From assembly GCA_964234715.1 (NCBI GenBank), contig OZ174288.1: a stretch of DNA of 64,000 nt. One strand, given 5' to 3'. Both the position numbers and the translations under genes were made by a program. This DNA is from Podarcis melisellensis. Lineage: Eukaryota. Positions 38,461 through 50,476 of this stretch are shown in pieces. Under the pieces are notes generated by a model, which made no database searches, was not told where the DNA came from, and saw only the letters and a program-made list of their open reading frames with translations. Numbering within the stretch: position 1 is the first letter of the stretch; every line of letters begins with the position of its first letter.

Positions 38461-39859
38461 TTGAACATGCAGCTTGTTGACGTGATGAGACTAAGGCCAA
38501 ATATAGCCCAATGTTATTCAACCAAAAGAAAATATACTTTTTTCTGCAATGATTTCATCTTAATGAATAAATGCAATTCCCTGCATATAAATACAAAAAC
38601 ATCCAGAGTGTATTTTGGTTTTTGGAAAGCAATTAGAAATAAATAATAGAGCTGAAATATTCATAGCAATATATTTATTCAAACTTTATAGTAAATTTTG
38701 ATTAGCTTTCCATGCACATTCTGTAGAAGACAAATGCTTCAAGTATTCAAAACAAGTTAATCAAACCCTAAACAAAATAAATATGGTTTTTATGGTAACC
38801 TAAGGAATTTTTAAAAAACAATATATAATATATAAGTGTAGCAGGCAGCACTTAAAAGGAAAGGTCTTCTGTATGTCTCTTCAGTAGCAATATGTAACAA
38901 TACACTACTTGGTTTTTGTATTACAGAATTATAATATTAAGTAATGCAAGATGCTGGATGTATAACAATCTCCATACTAAGGCCTGTTCTATTTCCTATC
39001 CTCTTTCCTAGCCCACCTTTCTGTACTGCTTTCTTTTATACCTCCCAAATATTGTTGGTGTCCCATCAGAGTTGTGGATTTCTGTTCAGTTTTTTGGCTG
39101 CTAACTGCAGTAAAGCACCCCCATTGATCAACCCAATATCAAAATCACAGACATGCTTACTTCTGTGATTAATCAAGCCAGTAGACATTGTTGCCCTAAA
39201 TAATAATTTAAGTTTCTGTTCCATACATAACAATCCTGCATTCTGAGTGTTCCAAGCACATCACAGCCATCAGCAGCTGGTTGGCAATGGAGGCTTATTT
39301 TGCATGGACTAAGGGCTGAAGGGCCAGAGATGCTTGTTCTGCCCAGTGAGTCACTCTTATGCAAGCTAAGACAGAGGCATGACATTTCTTCCTCTCTCCT
39401 ACACAAACATAGGCTTTGACAATTTTATACGGCAGGTATGGGGCTGACCTGAGACAGCAAAACTTATCTAATACCACTTGTTGAATTCATGGCTTGAAGC
39501 AGAGACATTTTAGCTCACAGCTGACACGTGTAGCCACTATGCAATGCCACCTCTCAGCAAACAGTTTCCACACAGATACCAAGCTCATACAGTTCAGACA
39601 TTAAGTGATATGGCAAAATGCATATCTCCAACAGGCTATGTTTGGTAGAAAGTTCAAATGCAAGCAGTTTGCCATGGGATGCATTGAACAAATCACTACA
39701 TGTAGATTACCCCACCCATCCCTGAACCCCACAGTGAATCACACTGACAACATAAGAGGAGCCCTTCAGCTGAATCAGACCAAAGGCTCATCTAGCCCAG
39801 CATCCAATTCTTCACTTGCATCCACTGAGACCTTGTCTCCACTATTAAACCAAATGAAC

Positions 39860-40095
39860 CTTGAAAGGTGTCCAGAGCACTGCCTAGTCCTGTTGGATGA
39901 GTTTCTGTTAGTAAGGCTTGAGGATGTAGACATGGTGCTTGGATCAGTCAGGGCAACCACTTGCACTCTGGACCTTTGCCCTTTTTGGCTGATAAAAACT
40001 TGCAGGGATGGGACAGCTGGCTAGGCCAGGGAGGTGATTAATACCTCCTTTCGAGAGGGGGTGGTCCCTGCCTACTTGAAGGAGGCAGTGGTAAA
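39860..40095 (+). mobile_element. L2 LINE internal fragment
   Basis: LEDVDMVLGSVRATTCTLDLCPFWLIK...VINTSFREGVVPAYLKEAVVK. Confidence 0.8.
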
Positions 40096-40201
40096 ATAAC
40101 AAATGACCTTTTGTTTGCCAAGCATTTAGTTGTTTAAACATTTGTAATCTGTAATAGGTTTTCATAACAATATCTATTTTGATAAAAAAATGTCTATAAT
40201 G

Positions 40202-40528
40202 CAGACCCTCCAAGTGTCCCTATTTTCCAGGGATGTCCCTGATTTTGAGAAGCCGTCCCAGTTTCTGATTTGATCCTGGAATGTCCCATTTTCCTTAGGA
40301 TGTCCCTATTTTCATTGGAGAAATGTTGGAGGGTATGGAGGTATCCGACTCCCGAGCCATCTAAAGGCATTTCTGTATAGGGAAAGGTTTTTTTTTAATA
40401 TTTAATGTTTTATATACGTTGGAAGCTGCCCAGAATGGCTGGAGTAAGATGTGTAGGGTATAAATAGTAAAATTATCATTATGGAATGGGACGTCCCTAT
40501 TTTCATCAGATAAATGTTAGAGGGTATG
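40202..40528. mobile_element. hAT-like MITE with a duplicated right terminus
   Basis: CAGACCCTCCAA left end; (G/A)GAGGGTATG right ends at about 40338 and 40528; internal GTCCCTATTTT repeats; degenerate flanks TATAATG / TACAATG. Confidence 0.7.
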
Positions 40529-40549
40529 TACAATGTGTTAGAACAAAGG

Positions 40550-40621
40550 AACTGCATTGCAGGGGGTTGTACTAGATGATCCTCGGGATCCCTTTGAATC
40601 TACAATTCTATGATTCTATGA
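40550..40621 (+). mobile_element. CR1 3' terminal fragment
   Basis: GGGGGTTGTACTAGATGATCC followed by (ATTCTATG)2. Confidence 0.8.
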
Positions 40622-40790
40622 CATATCATAAAGGCAGCCCATAAGATAGTTCTACTGTCTTAAGTTTTAACTGTATTGTATGTTTACCCATTTTGTTCTT
40701 TCCTGATGCAATGATACAAAAATAAAAATCTTAACTCATTACAATGCTGAAAAATATAATCTATAGATTGCTATTCTAAAAGCCACTTAC

Positions 40791-40950
40791 GTGTACTCGT
40801 TGGTGAAGGCTGTGGTTTCCCTGCCATTGTGCAGCCATTTGAATTCCAAAGGCCAGCTACCTTCTGCCAAACATGTAAGCACAAGGCGGTTCCCTTCTAG
40901 GTGAGTCTGGGGCAAGCCTGGCTCTGTCTTGAAATAGGGTGCAACGTCAT
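40791..40950 (-). CDS. SDK1: Sidekick-1 coding exon 2 (160 bp; start of Ig domain 1)
   Basis: Translates [53 protein letters not shown]. The [15 protein letters not shown] motif matches SDK1 rather than SDK2. Acceptor cctatttcag|AT, donor AC|gtaagt. Phase 1 in, phase 2 out. Confidence 0.95.
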
Positions 40951-41221
40951 CTGAAATAGGATAGAAAAATAAAGTCAAAATGAGGGAACGAGGTTGTGAA
41001 ATTGCTTTATGTTCTTTTTCAAGACAGACTACAAATCAAGCGCTTATGGTTTTGATTTTTCTAGAAAGGGTTCAGGTACCTCCTAGAATTTCACACCAAC
41101 CAAAGAGAACAGACAGAAAATGCCCATCCAAATTCTTTATTTAATCTTCCCATCATAGGTGTTTCAATACACATCACATATATGTACATATTGCTACTCT
41201 AATAATCTAACTTCTATGCAA

Positions 41222-41860
41222 ATAAGAACATAAGAAGGGTATGCAGGATCAGGCCCATCTAATCTAGCTTCCTGTTCTCATAGTGGCTCACAGACACCTG
41301 CAGGATTCAATGTCAATGGCACTCTCCCTTCTGCGGTTTCCGGCAGTTGGTATTCAGAAGCATTACTGCCTTTGATCATGCAGATGGAGCAAAATCATCC
41401 TGGTTAAAAGCCATTGTTAGCCTTATTCTCCATGAATTCATCTAATCCTCTTTTAAAGCCATCTAAGTTGGTGACCGGGATGCAGGTGGCGCTGTGGGTT
41501 AAAGCCTCAGCGCCTAGGACTTGCCGATTGAAAGGTCGGCGGTTCAAATCCCTGCGGCGGGGTGCGCTCCCGCTGCTCGGTCCCAGTGCCTGCCAACCTA
41601 GCAGTTCGAAAGCACCTCCGGGTGCAAGTAGATAAATAGGGACCGCTTACCAGCGGGAAGGTAAACGGCGTTTCCGTGTGCGGCTCTGGCTCGCCAGATG
41701 CAGCTTTGTCATGCTGGCCACGTGACCCGGAAGTGTCTCCGGACAGCGCTGGCCCCTGGCCTCTTGAGTGAGATGGGCGCACAACCCCAGAGTCTGGCAA
41801 GACTGGCCCGTACGGGCAGGGGTACCTTTACCTTTAAGTTGGTGACCATCACTACTTCAA
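41222..41860 (-). mobile_element. CR1-like LINE 3' fragment interrupted by a Sauria SINE
   Basis: ATAAGAACATAAGAA tail; the sequence CCATCTAAGTTGGTGACC|ATCACTAC resumes after the SINE. Confidence 0.65.
41477..41834 (+). mobile_element. Sauria SINE, full length, young
   Basis: 13-bp TSD TAAGTTGGTGACC at 41464-41476 and 41835-41847; CpGs retained. Confidence 0.95.
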
Positions 41861-42021
41861 CTAATAACAATAACAAAAAAAATATTATTTGTATCCCCCC
41901 CATCTGACTGGGTTGCCCCAACACTCTGGGCGGTTTCCAACAGCAGTGTACCTATTTACTACTGGCCAAGTTTTGAGAAATGATTTTTGTTGAAATTAAT
42001 TTAATCACAAAACAGTAAGTG

Positions 42022-42247
42022 TAGTGGTACCTCGGGTTAAGAACTTAATTTGTTCTGGAGGTCCGTTCTAAACCTGAAACTCTTCTTAACCTGAAGCACC
42101 ACTTTAGCTAATGGGGCCTCCCGCTGCCACCATGACACCACTGTGCAATTTCTGTTCTCAACCTGAAGCAAAGTTCTTAACCCGAGGTACTATTTCTGGG
42201 TTAGTGGAGTCTGTAACCTGAAGCGTCTGTAACCCGAGGTACCACTG
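42022..42247. mobile_element. Tc1/mariner-type MITE
   Basis: Same TIRs as the copy at 27240-27481. Confidence 0.9.
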
Positions 42248-43148
42248 TATTTCCTGCAGTGCCAGCCTGCCCATGAGGCAGGCTAAAGCAACTGAGGTTG
42301 CATGGCGGTGGCTTCTTCCAGTGAGATCTTGCAGAACTTGCATGAGATATCACAAGATATTGCCATAAACCATTGCAGCTACATGACCCCCGTAAGCAAG
42401 ACTTAGGTGAGAAGGACACCTTCCTGTTTCATCTCAGGTGGGGAAATGGGACGGGTGCCCCTGACCTCCATGCCCTTGTTGGCTTTGCTAGGTGTCTGGG
42501 ATGGACTGAATGAAGACTATTGCTTTAAAACTCTGGTCCAACAACCATTAGCTGCAGCACAAATGCTTACAGCTAAAGGTTGGAAATATTTGAAGAGAAT
42601 TAACAAAGAGGCCTGATACAGACATGCGTGTTCTTTACTGATAATGCAAAATATTGGGGCAATATTTTTTTTAAAAAAATTAATGTTTGGCAAAGTTTTA
42701 TTCAGCATATAAATAAACGATAGAAATAATATTCAGACCCTCCCACATAGATATGCCTGTATTTTGAATGTTTTTTTTTATGATATTGATTATTTTTGAT
42801 GGAGTAGATTCTGTATCATTTACATGTATCTGCCCAAGGATAGAGAAAATAATACTACTTTATAACATTTCACCACTCACCTCCTGCTCTGATAATTAAA
42901 GACAATAGCTGTTTCTTTTTCTTTTTTTCATATCCTATCCCATCCTTTCCCAGACTAGTAACCTTTTCTTATTCCTTTCTTCTAGGTATGTATGTATTTA
43001 TGAATCTCTCACTGCCCACTTATCTCAATATAAGGATGTATCTTTCTTTGTACTGAAAATTAAATCAAGATAAATTAATTTCTGAAAAATCTTCATCAGT
43101 GACCAAAATGTTGAAAAGATAATACGGGGTGGGGGGGTGGAGGATTAA

Positions 43149-43153
<5 letters not shown>

Positions 43154-43214
<61 letters not shown>
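43154..43214. repeat. (AG)n microsatellite
   Basis: Perfect dinucleotide run. Confidence 0.95.
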
Positions 43215-43217
<3 letters not shown>

Positions 43218-45703
43218 TCAGGATCTTAGAGGAATGGATATCTATACTGAAGTTATATCATTATTATGCCACTCATCCTCAGGCCTTAACTTTTTTCATA
43301 TATTTTATTTTTTTAAAAATGCTTCATAGAATGAGAGCATACCGTATCGCTGTACAAGATATTTGAATCCTACACAAAAAACAATGAAGGGAAAATACAA
43401 TGATAGAACTTGGTAATAAATGTATGCCAGGATTTCCTTACATGCCCAAGTAACTTTCAAAACCAATATGTTACCTTTCCTCTCATCTTCCCATTCCAGC
43501 TCCCCACCCCCTGCATAAAACTTTTAAAAGCCATAGTAGGGCATAGCTGCCTGCTGTTATTGCCTTTTTCATGAAGTTTGTATGAGTGTGCTGTCTCACA
43601 CTCAAATTTAAATAGATGTGGAATTGATCTCAGAAGCAACAGAGAGGGAGAAGGTTGGGAGGAAGAGGTTTCAGAAACTGAAGAGGTCACTGGGAGCAGG
43701 GAAAGTTTGTGGCGGAGTGAAGTCCAAAATCAGAAACAGAGGCAATGGCAGAAGCAGGAGAGAAGGGAGGCCAAGTGGCAGAGATGTTTTAAGGGGGGTG
43801 TCTCCTGCTCCTGCTGCAGCAAGCTCCCCTCCCTCCTGGTCTCCTAGGACCAGAAGAGGTATGAAGAGGGAGGAGCAGAGAGAAGCACATCAGCATAGTC
43901 TCAGATTGCTTGGGAAGGACCTGCGGGGGGGGGGATGGAGAGAGATTTAGGCAGCTGTGGGAAGGCAGAGACCTTCAGTCTGCATAACTGCCTCATAGGG
44001 ACAAGAAGTACAGAGAAGAGTTGCTGGGCTCACTAGGCCTGGTACACCTGAGCCAGCCTTGCTTCTGCTGATAAAGATTTAACTCCATGTGATGTTTTGC
44101 TGACTGGGTCCCTGACACTTGGTTCACCCTCTCAATTTAATTATTTTAAATTTTAGCTGTGATCTAAAATCCAGGCTTGGTAATGTAATTAAACTGTTTC
44201 TGTTATGGTATTGTCTGCAAATATCAAGGCCCAAGTTAAGCAGGATATAACAATCCTTTTAAACTTCATTGTTTATACTCAGCACTCACATATGATGAAA
44301 ATGTTAATATATAAAGCTGTTACAAAGTAATATCTTATTCAAGGTTTTTTTATCATGCATTGTTTTCTTTTGAAATGCAAAGATGTGATTTGTATTTATA
44401 ATTTCAAATGTTTAATATAAATGCAATTTTATTAAAAGTTTTACCACAATAAATTTATTATCTGCACACAATGAGAGATTAGTTGCACAAAAGACTACAT
44501 AAGATTGTGCAGCAAGAGCTGGGGAAGATGATAGAGTCTAAGTGTCCAAGTGTAAATATATGACCCGACACAATAATTTCCATGAGGGGGGCATGCCAGT
44601 TGAACTAGGTTAAACACTATTCAGGTTTGCTGTTTAAATTAAATAGCACTGAATCCAAAGTTCACCTGATATTACCTATAGCTACTGGAGTTGTTTACCA
44701 TCCACCACAGGGAACTGCTGTTTAGCAGGCTATGTACTCCAACACATTCAGCCCCGAGACTGAAGTACCGGTAAGTTATATGCCTCCATTCAACAGGGCT
44801 TACTTCTTAATAAATGTGCATAAGAACACACTCATAAGTTGCTAAGGTTTCCTGATGTTCAAGCAAAGGCACTCACTTCCTAACAGTGTGCATTGTCCTG
44901 AACCCATATTTGATTCTTGTTAGAACTTAGTTCTATTAATTTCAATGGGTCTACTCCAAGCAGAACTGTTTCAAGTCTTGGATCTCTTGTTACTACTCTT
45001 GAACTTCTGAAACTTGGCCTTTGTCCTCAAATTGGATTTATTGTTGTCACTCATTTGCCTTGTAAGGGCACCTGGATTAGCTGCTGCTCTTGCCTAGCTA
45101 TTGTGTTTGTACTGTTAAACAGGTATAGTAAAAGTTTAGTACTTTACTTTTACAGTAATCACCTCTTAGGTGGGAGACAGGACACGGGGATTGTAATGTA
45201 GAGATGTCCTGTAAGGCAAGGCAAGGGGCAGAGGAATGGGACAAGGCTGTGGAATTGGATTCTGGGGTGGAGTCCAGTGGTTGGGGGGGAGGTGTTGATA
45301 TGTTTGTTGGGGAGGGATTAAGCAGGTTATTGATCTGAGGTCCTGCCTCATTACTATTGGACATCCCAAGAGGAGAGGAGGCGCTGTCTGACCTGTCTTT
45401 GGCATTGCCTCCCATTCTAGAAATGCACCCCAGCTCCAGGGAGGTGCCTGAGGATGAGTCAGACAGTGGACCAGCCTGGAGGAAGAGGTGGGCCAAAGGA
45501 CTTATTGCTGAGAGGACACTGGGCCATAGGCAAAAATCAGATGTTGTGAAGCAATATTACTGGACTAAAGGCTGACATACAGCTGACCAGATATTAGTTG
45601 GTGCCTTCTTTGAGCCCTCTGCCAGGTATGGTCCATGGAAAGTATGAAAAATGCGTCCTTTGATGTGCCCCTTCCCCAGGGGCAGAGCACAATATTCTAA
45701 TAA

Positions 45704-46380
45704 TAATAATAATTTATTATTTATACCCCGCCCATCTGGCTGGGCCTCCCCAGCCACTCTGGGCGGCTTCCATAGAAACCAAACATATAGTAAAATATCA
45801 CACGTTAAAAACCTCCCTGAACAGGGCTGCCTTAAGATGTCTTCTGAATGTCAGGTAGTTGTTTATCGCTTTGACATCTGCTGGAAGGGCGTTCCACAGG
45901 GCGGGCGCCACTACCGAGAAGGCCCTCTGCCTGGTTCCCTGTAACTTTGCTTCTCACAATGAGGGAACCGCCAGAAGGCCCTCGGCACTGGACCTCAGCG
46001 TCCGGGCAGAACGATGGGGGTGGAGACGCTCCTTCAGGTATACTGGACCGAGGCCGTTTAGGGCTTTAAAGGTCAGCACCAACACTTTGAATTGTGCTCG
46101 GAAACGTACTGGGAGCCAATGTAGGTCTTTCAAGACCGGTGTTATATGGTCTCGGCGGCCGCCCCCAGTCACCAGTCTAGCTGCCGCATTCTGGATTAGT
46201 TGTAGTTTCCGAGTCACCTTCAAAGGTAGCCCAACGTAGAGTGCATTGCAGTAGTCCAAGCAGGAGATAACCAGAGCATGCACCACTCTGGCGAGACAGT
46301 CCGCAGGCAGATAGGGTCTCAGCCTACGCACCAGATGGAGCTGGTAAACAGCTGCCCTGGACACAGATTTGACCTGTGCC
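45704..46380 (-). mobile_element. L2 LINE, 5'-truncated, young
   Basis: AVYQLHLVRRLRPYL...LDYCNALYVGLPLK...LHWLPVRFRAQFKVLVLTFKALNGLGP; (TTA)n tail; 9-bp TSD TTCTAATAA at 45695-45703 and 46381-46389. Confidence 0.93.
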
Positions 46381-47001
46381 TTCTAATAAAGTATGTTCAA
46401 TTTTTTTTTACTCTTTACTGTATTTGAAGTTCTGACCTCAAATATAGTTGTGTTTATACCCTCTGGTATAATACGTGGTGCTAGGCTGTTCTGCTTCTTG
46501 CATTCACAAGAATTAAATGCAGTTCATTAAACTCTCTTTAGAAAGTTAGAAAAGTAAGCTTGGATGAAATGATTATCACAGCAGGACATGTCTCAGGATA
46601 AATGAAGAATTTTGATAGCAGCTTTGAACAAAAACATCCTGTAGAACAGCAAGATTAATGTGCCTTTCAACATTGTCTTTAACCAGACGGTCTTAAAATT
46701 ACTATTTTTTTTTGAAGAAAAAATCCGCTTTGGGGTTTGAATGAGAGAGTTTTTAATAGTGTGCAAGTGTTGGATATACTGTAGTTTTGAAACTATCATC
46801 AACCTGTGGATCAAAATTGCTAACAAGATTCCATGATAGGAAAGCACAAGCAGGAGCTGGAGAATCAGTCATAAAAAGGCTCTTCTTCAGCGGGGAGAAA
46901 ATATCAAAAGAGCATTTTTTTATTCATTCTATGCCCTTTTGCAGTTATTTTACACATCAATAGGAAAAGGATCTAGCCAACATTATGTATGATCTCTTAC
47001 C

Positions 47002-47243
47002 AATCCCCGCGACGGGGTGAGCTCCTGTTGCTCAGTCCCTGCTCCTGTCAACCTAGCAGTTCGAAAGCATATCAAAGTTCAAGTAGATAACTAGGTACCA
47101 CTCCGGCAGGAAGGTAAACGGCATTTCTGTGTGCTGCTCTGGTTTGCCAGAAGCGGCTTAGTCATGCTGGCCACATGACCCGGAAGCTGTACGCCAGCTC
47201 CCTTGGCCAATAAAGCGAGATGGTCAGGAGTCCCTTAACCTTT
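47002..47243 (+). mobile_element. Sauria SINE (partial)
   Basis: Family core sequence. Confidence 0.88.
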
Positions 47244-47268
47244 ATATAAATAAAAATGCCATGAACAT

Positions 47269-47636
47269 AGGTAAAGGTAAAGGTACCCCTGCCCGTAAGG
47301 GCCAGTCGTGTCCGACTCTAGGGTTGTGCGCTCATCTCACTTAAGAGGCCGGTAGCCAGTGCTGTCCGAAGACACTTCCGGGTCACGTGGCCAGCGTGAC
47401 GAAGCTGCTCTGGCAAGCCAGCACCAGCGCAGCACATGGAAATGCTGTTTACCTTCCCGCTATAAAGCGGTACCTATTTATCTACTTGCTCTTAGGGGTG
47501 CTTTCGAACTGCTAGGTGGGCAGGAGCTGGGACCGAAAGACGGGAGCTCACCCCGCCATGGGGATTCGAACCACCGACCATACGATCAGCAAGTCCTAGG
47601 CACTGAGGTTTTACCCACAGCGCCACCCGCGTCCCC
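47269..47636 (-). mobile_element. Sauria SINE, full length
   Basis: 11-bp TSD GCCATGAACAT at 47258-47268 and 47637-47647. Confidence 0.93.
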
Positions 47637-49144
47637 GCCATGAACATGGATATCCCTTATTTTCAGGCGAGGGGGAGTTAGACTCTGTTGATGTGCTGTG
47701 CACCAAATTCTTTAATGCAATGCATAGGATTTCCTGAGTCAAGAGTAAGTCTTTCCTCCAAGGGTGGGAGCTAGGAGTCCAAGATCTGCCCCTAGTCACC
47801 TCTTCCAGGATGCAGAACAACAGTGGACATTATGGGTGAAGAAGGAGCAGAGCTTGAGAAGAGAGTTTCCTGGGTATAGCAGTGGGCAAGTCAAGCTCAA
47901 TGTGGAACTGCCATCTCTCTAATAGAATCTAGAATACAGGCACTGAATGGAAAATACTCACTGCTCCAGGCTTAGTACACTCTGAAAGAGAATTTGGGCT
48001 TCACTGATGCCCATGGCAAAACCTCTAACTATTATCAAAGAACTTCTGTTAGTAACATTTTTCTTTAAAACTACAAGAAAAATGTGTTTTTAAAAAACCC
48101 ACCCACAGTAGGTTTCAGAACTATGGAGAAAAAGGCATAAAAGTTTTATATAACTTAATTATGAACAGTTTGCATGCTGCAGCCCATAAGCAAGTAAGTA
48201 AAGTTTGCCCCAGGGTCCTCTCAAATCAATGGGAATTGCCAGCATGTGTGAAAGGCAGTTGTGGAATAAATCCACTAGTCCGCTTTTCCCCCCTCTAGGA
48301 AACTACTGAGCTATCCAATGAAACTGATGTCTAAAAACCAAATAGTTACCCAAATTATCTCTTTCTATCCATTTTCATTAGTTTATACCAACACCTACGT
48401 TAATAGAAAGATAATTCCACTCTGGGGATATTTTCCTGTTTCTTCTTTCTAGCTTAATCTTCTCCCCATATTCTTTTACTGTCCCCCAACCGACACTTCT
48501 TGTATGTTACAAAGCTGTTGTCGGCGCCTTTGGGCACTTGCCTCTCTACAGCTGATGAGTAAAAAGAAAAAAAGCTTGAAAATAAGTCCTCAACAATTGC
48601 AGCTGAAATACTTGCATTATATTTTACTGTGCTGAAGCACAGATCAACCTTCCACAACAAGGGGTTTCTTCGACTCCATGGTTTGAACAGGAAATATTGA
48701 GGTCTAACTTGGTGAGCTACTATAAACCTGGTGATGCCTGAACAGATTAGAAGGAAAATGGGCTTCTGACCAATACCAATTCCTACAACTGGCAGGTAGT
48801 ATGATTTTAAATTCTGGGAGCCTTGGTATTCTGCCTTTGCCTAGTCAAGCACCTACTGAACAATACCTTCAGGTCTAGATCTAAGTACAACCATCCATGG
48901 TCTTGGCCTGTCCATGACCAGGAACACCTGGCAACTCCAGCTGTACTCGTCAAAGTTTAAGGTCATTGGATATTATCTAGAACTCCATCTGACACCTGAC
49001 CTTCTACAATTCAAATGGCACTGTAATAAAATTGTCCTCAAAATTCAATATTATTAGAAGTTTAATTTTAATGGACCTACTAAAGCATTATTAAAAGAAT
49101 ATAGTTTTAAAGATTATAAAACACTCTGATGCTCTGTAAGATAT

Positions 49145-49404
49145 AAGAAGAAGAAGAAGAAGAAGAGTTTGGATTTGATATCCCGCCTTTCACTCCCCTT
49201 CAGGAGTCTCAAAGCGGCTCACATTCTCCTTTCCCTTCCTCCCCCACAACAAACACTCTGTGAGGTGAGTGGGGCTGAGAGACTTCAGAGACGTGTGACT
49301 GGCCCAAGGTCACCCAGCAGCTGCATGTGGAGGAGCGGAGACTTGAACCCGGTTCCCCAGATTACAAGACTACCGCTCTTAACCACTACACCACACTGGC
49401 TCTC
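49145..49404 (-). mobile_element. tRNA-derived SINE with (CTT)n tail (Squam3-like)
   Basis: Head GAGAGCCAGTGTGGTGTAGTGGTTAAGAGCGGT with B-box GGTTCAAGT; (CTT)n tail. Confidence 0.85.
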
Positions 49405-49841
49405 TTCAAGAAATTGTATCGCCTTTAGATTTGTTTTTCACATTAAGTACAAATCATCCATTTATAAGTTACACTCAAACTGAGTTCAACCAAAATGGAA
49501 AATAAGCAAGATTTCAATCTGAAAAGGTTATCACAACCATGAAAATTATAAATTCCTATTCCCCTGGCTCACAACAATTTGAGAGTTTACAAAGTATTTT
49601 ATCTCCCTTGATACACATAAATATGACTAGGAACATTTCTACTGTTTCCCCAGATGGAAACCATAAGATATTCAATGTTGGTTATGGAATAGCAGGCACA
49701 CTATTGGTTGTTTTGAATCTCCAAGAAGTAAATCCTCTTAACTCCAAATGTTAGTGATAGTGGTCAGCTGTTTTTGAATATCCACCATTCTGTATTATAC
49801 ATCTTTTCATGAAAACATGGCCCAAGGCCGCAATTTACCCC

Positions 49842-50143
49842 AAAGAAGAAGAAGAAGAAGAAGAAGAAGAAGAAGAAGAAGAAGAAGAAGAAGAAGAAGA
49901 GTAGTTTGGATTTGATATCCCGCCTTTCACTCCCTTTAAGGAGTCTCAAAGCGGCTCACATTCTCCTTTCCCTTCCTCCCCCACAACAGACACTCTGTGA
50001 GGTGAGTGGGGCTGAGAGACTTCAGAGAAGTGTGACTGGCCCAAGGTCACCCAGCAGCTGCATGTGGAGGAGCGGAGACACGAACCCGGTTCCCCAGATT
50101 ACGAGGCTACCGCTCTTAACCACTACACCACACTGGCTGGCTC
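49842..50143 (-). mobile_element. tRNA-derived SINE with long (CTT)n tail (Squam3-like)
   Basis: Nearly identical to the copy at 49145-49404. Confidence 0.85.
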
Positions 50144-50361
50144 CATAGGATCATTTTACCTCAGTTATGAGACATTTTGGTCAAAAGAGGATTCTGAAAC
50201 AATACAGAAACCTGCAAAAGCAGTGAAATTTGTATACTCCCAGGTCTTCCCTCTTGGGAAATAGAAATCTCTAAGAAATCTTCTGAAATGAGAACTTTAT
50301 AATTGAGTGCAGAATGAACTTAGAAGCTGATATAGCCAGTGGTCACATGCCTTCTTTAGAG

Positions 50362-50476
50362 CAGGCATGGTCAACCTGTGGCCATCCAGATGTTGTTAGA
50401 CTCCCAACACCTATCAAGCCCCAGCAACCATAGCCAATGGTCAGAGATTGTTAGAGTTGTAAGTTCCTCACCCCTG
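50362..50476. mobile_element. hAT MITE (degenerate)
   Basis: CAGGCATGGTCAACCT...CCAGATGTTGTTAGACTCCCAAC...CACCCCTG; related to the MITE at 52135. Confidence 0.6.

Noticed and set aside
40787-40978. ORF-track 63-aa ORF as a stand-alone gene, or as SDK2
   Set aside because: It is an internal exon with intronic extensions. The residues [12 protein letters not shown] and [11 protein letters not shown] fit SDK1 better than SDK2 as I recall it.
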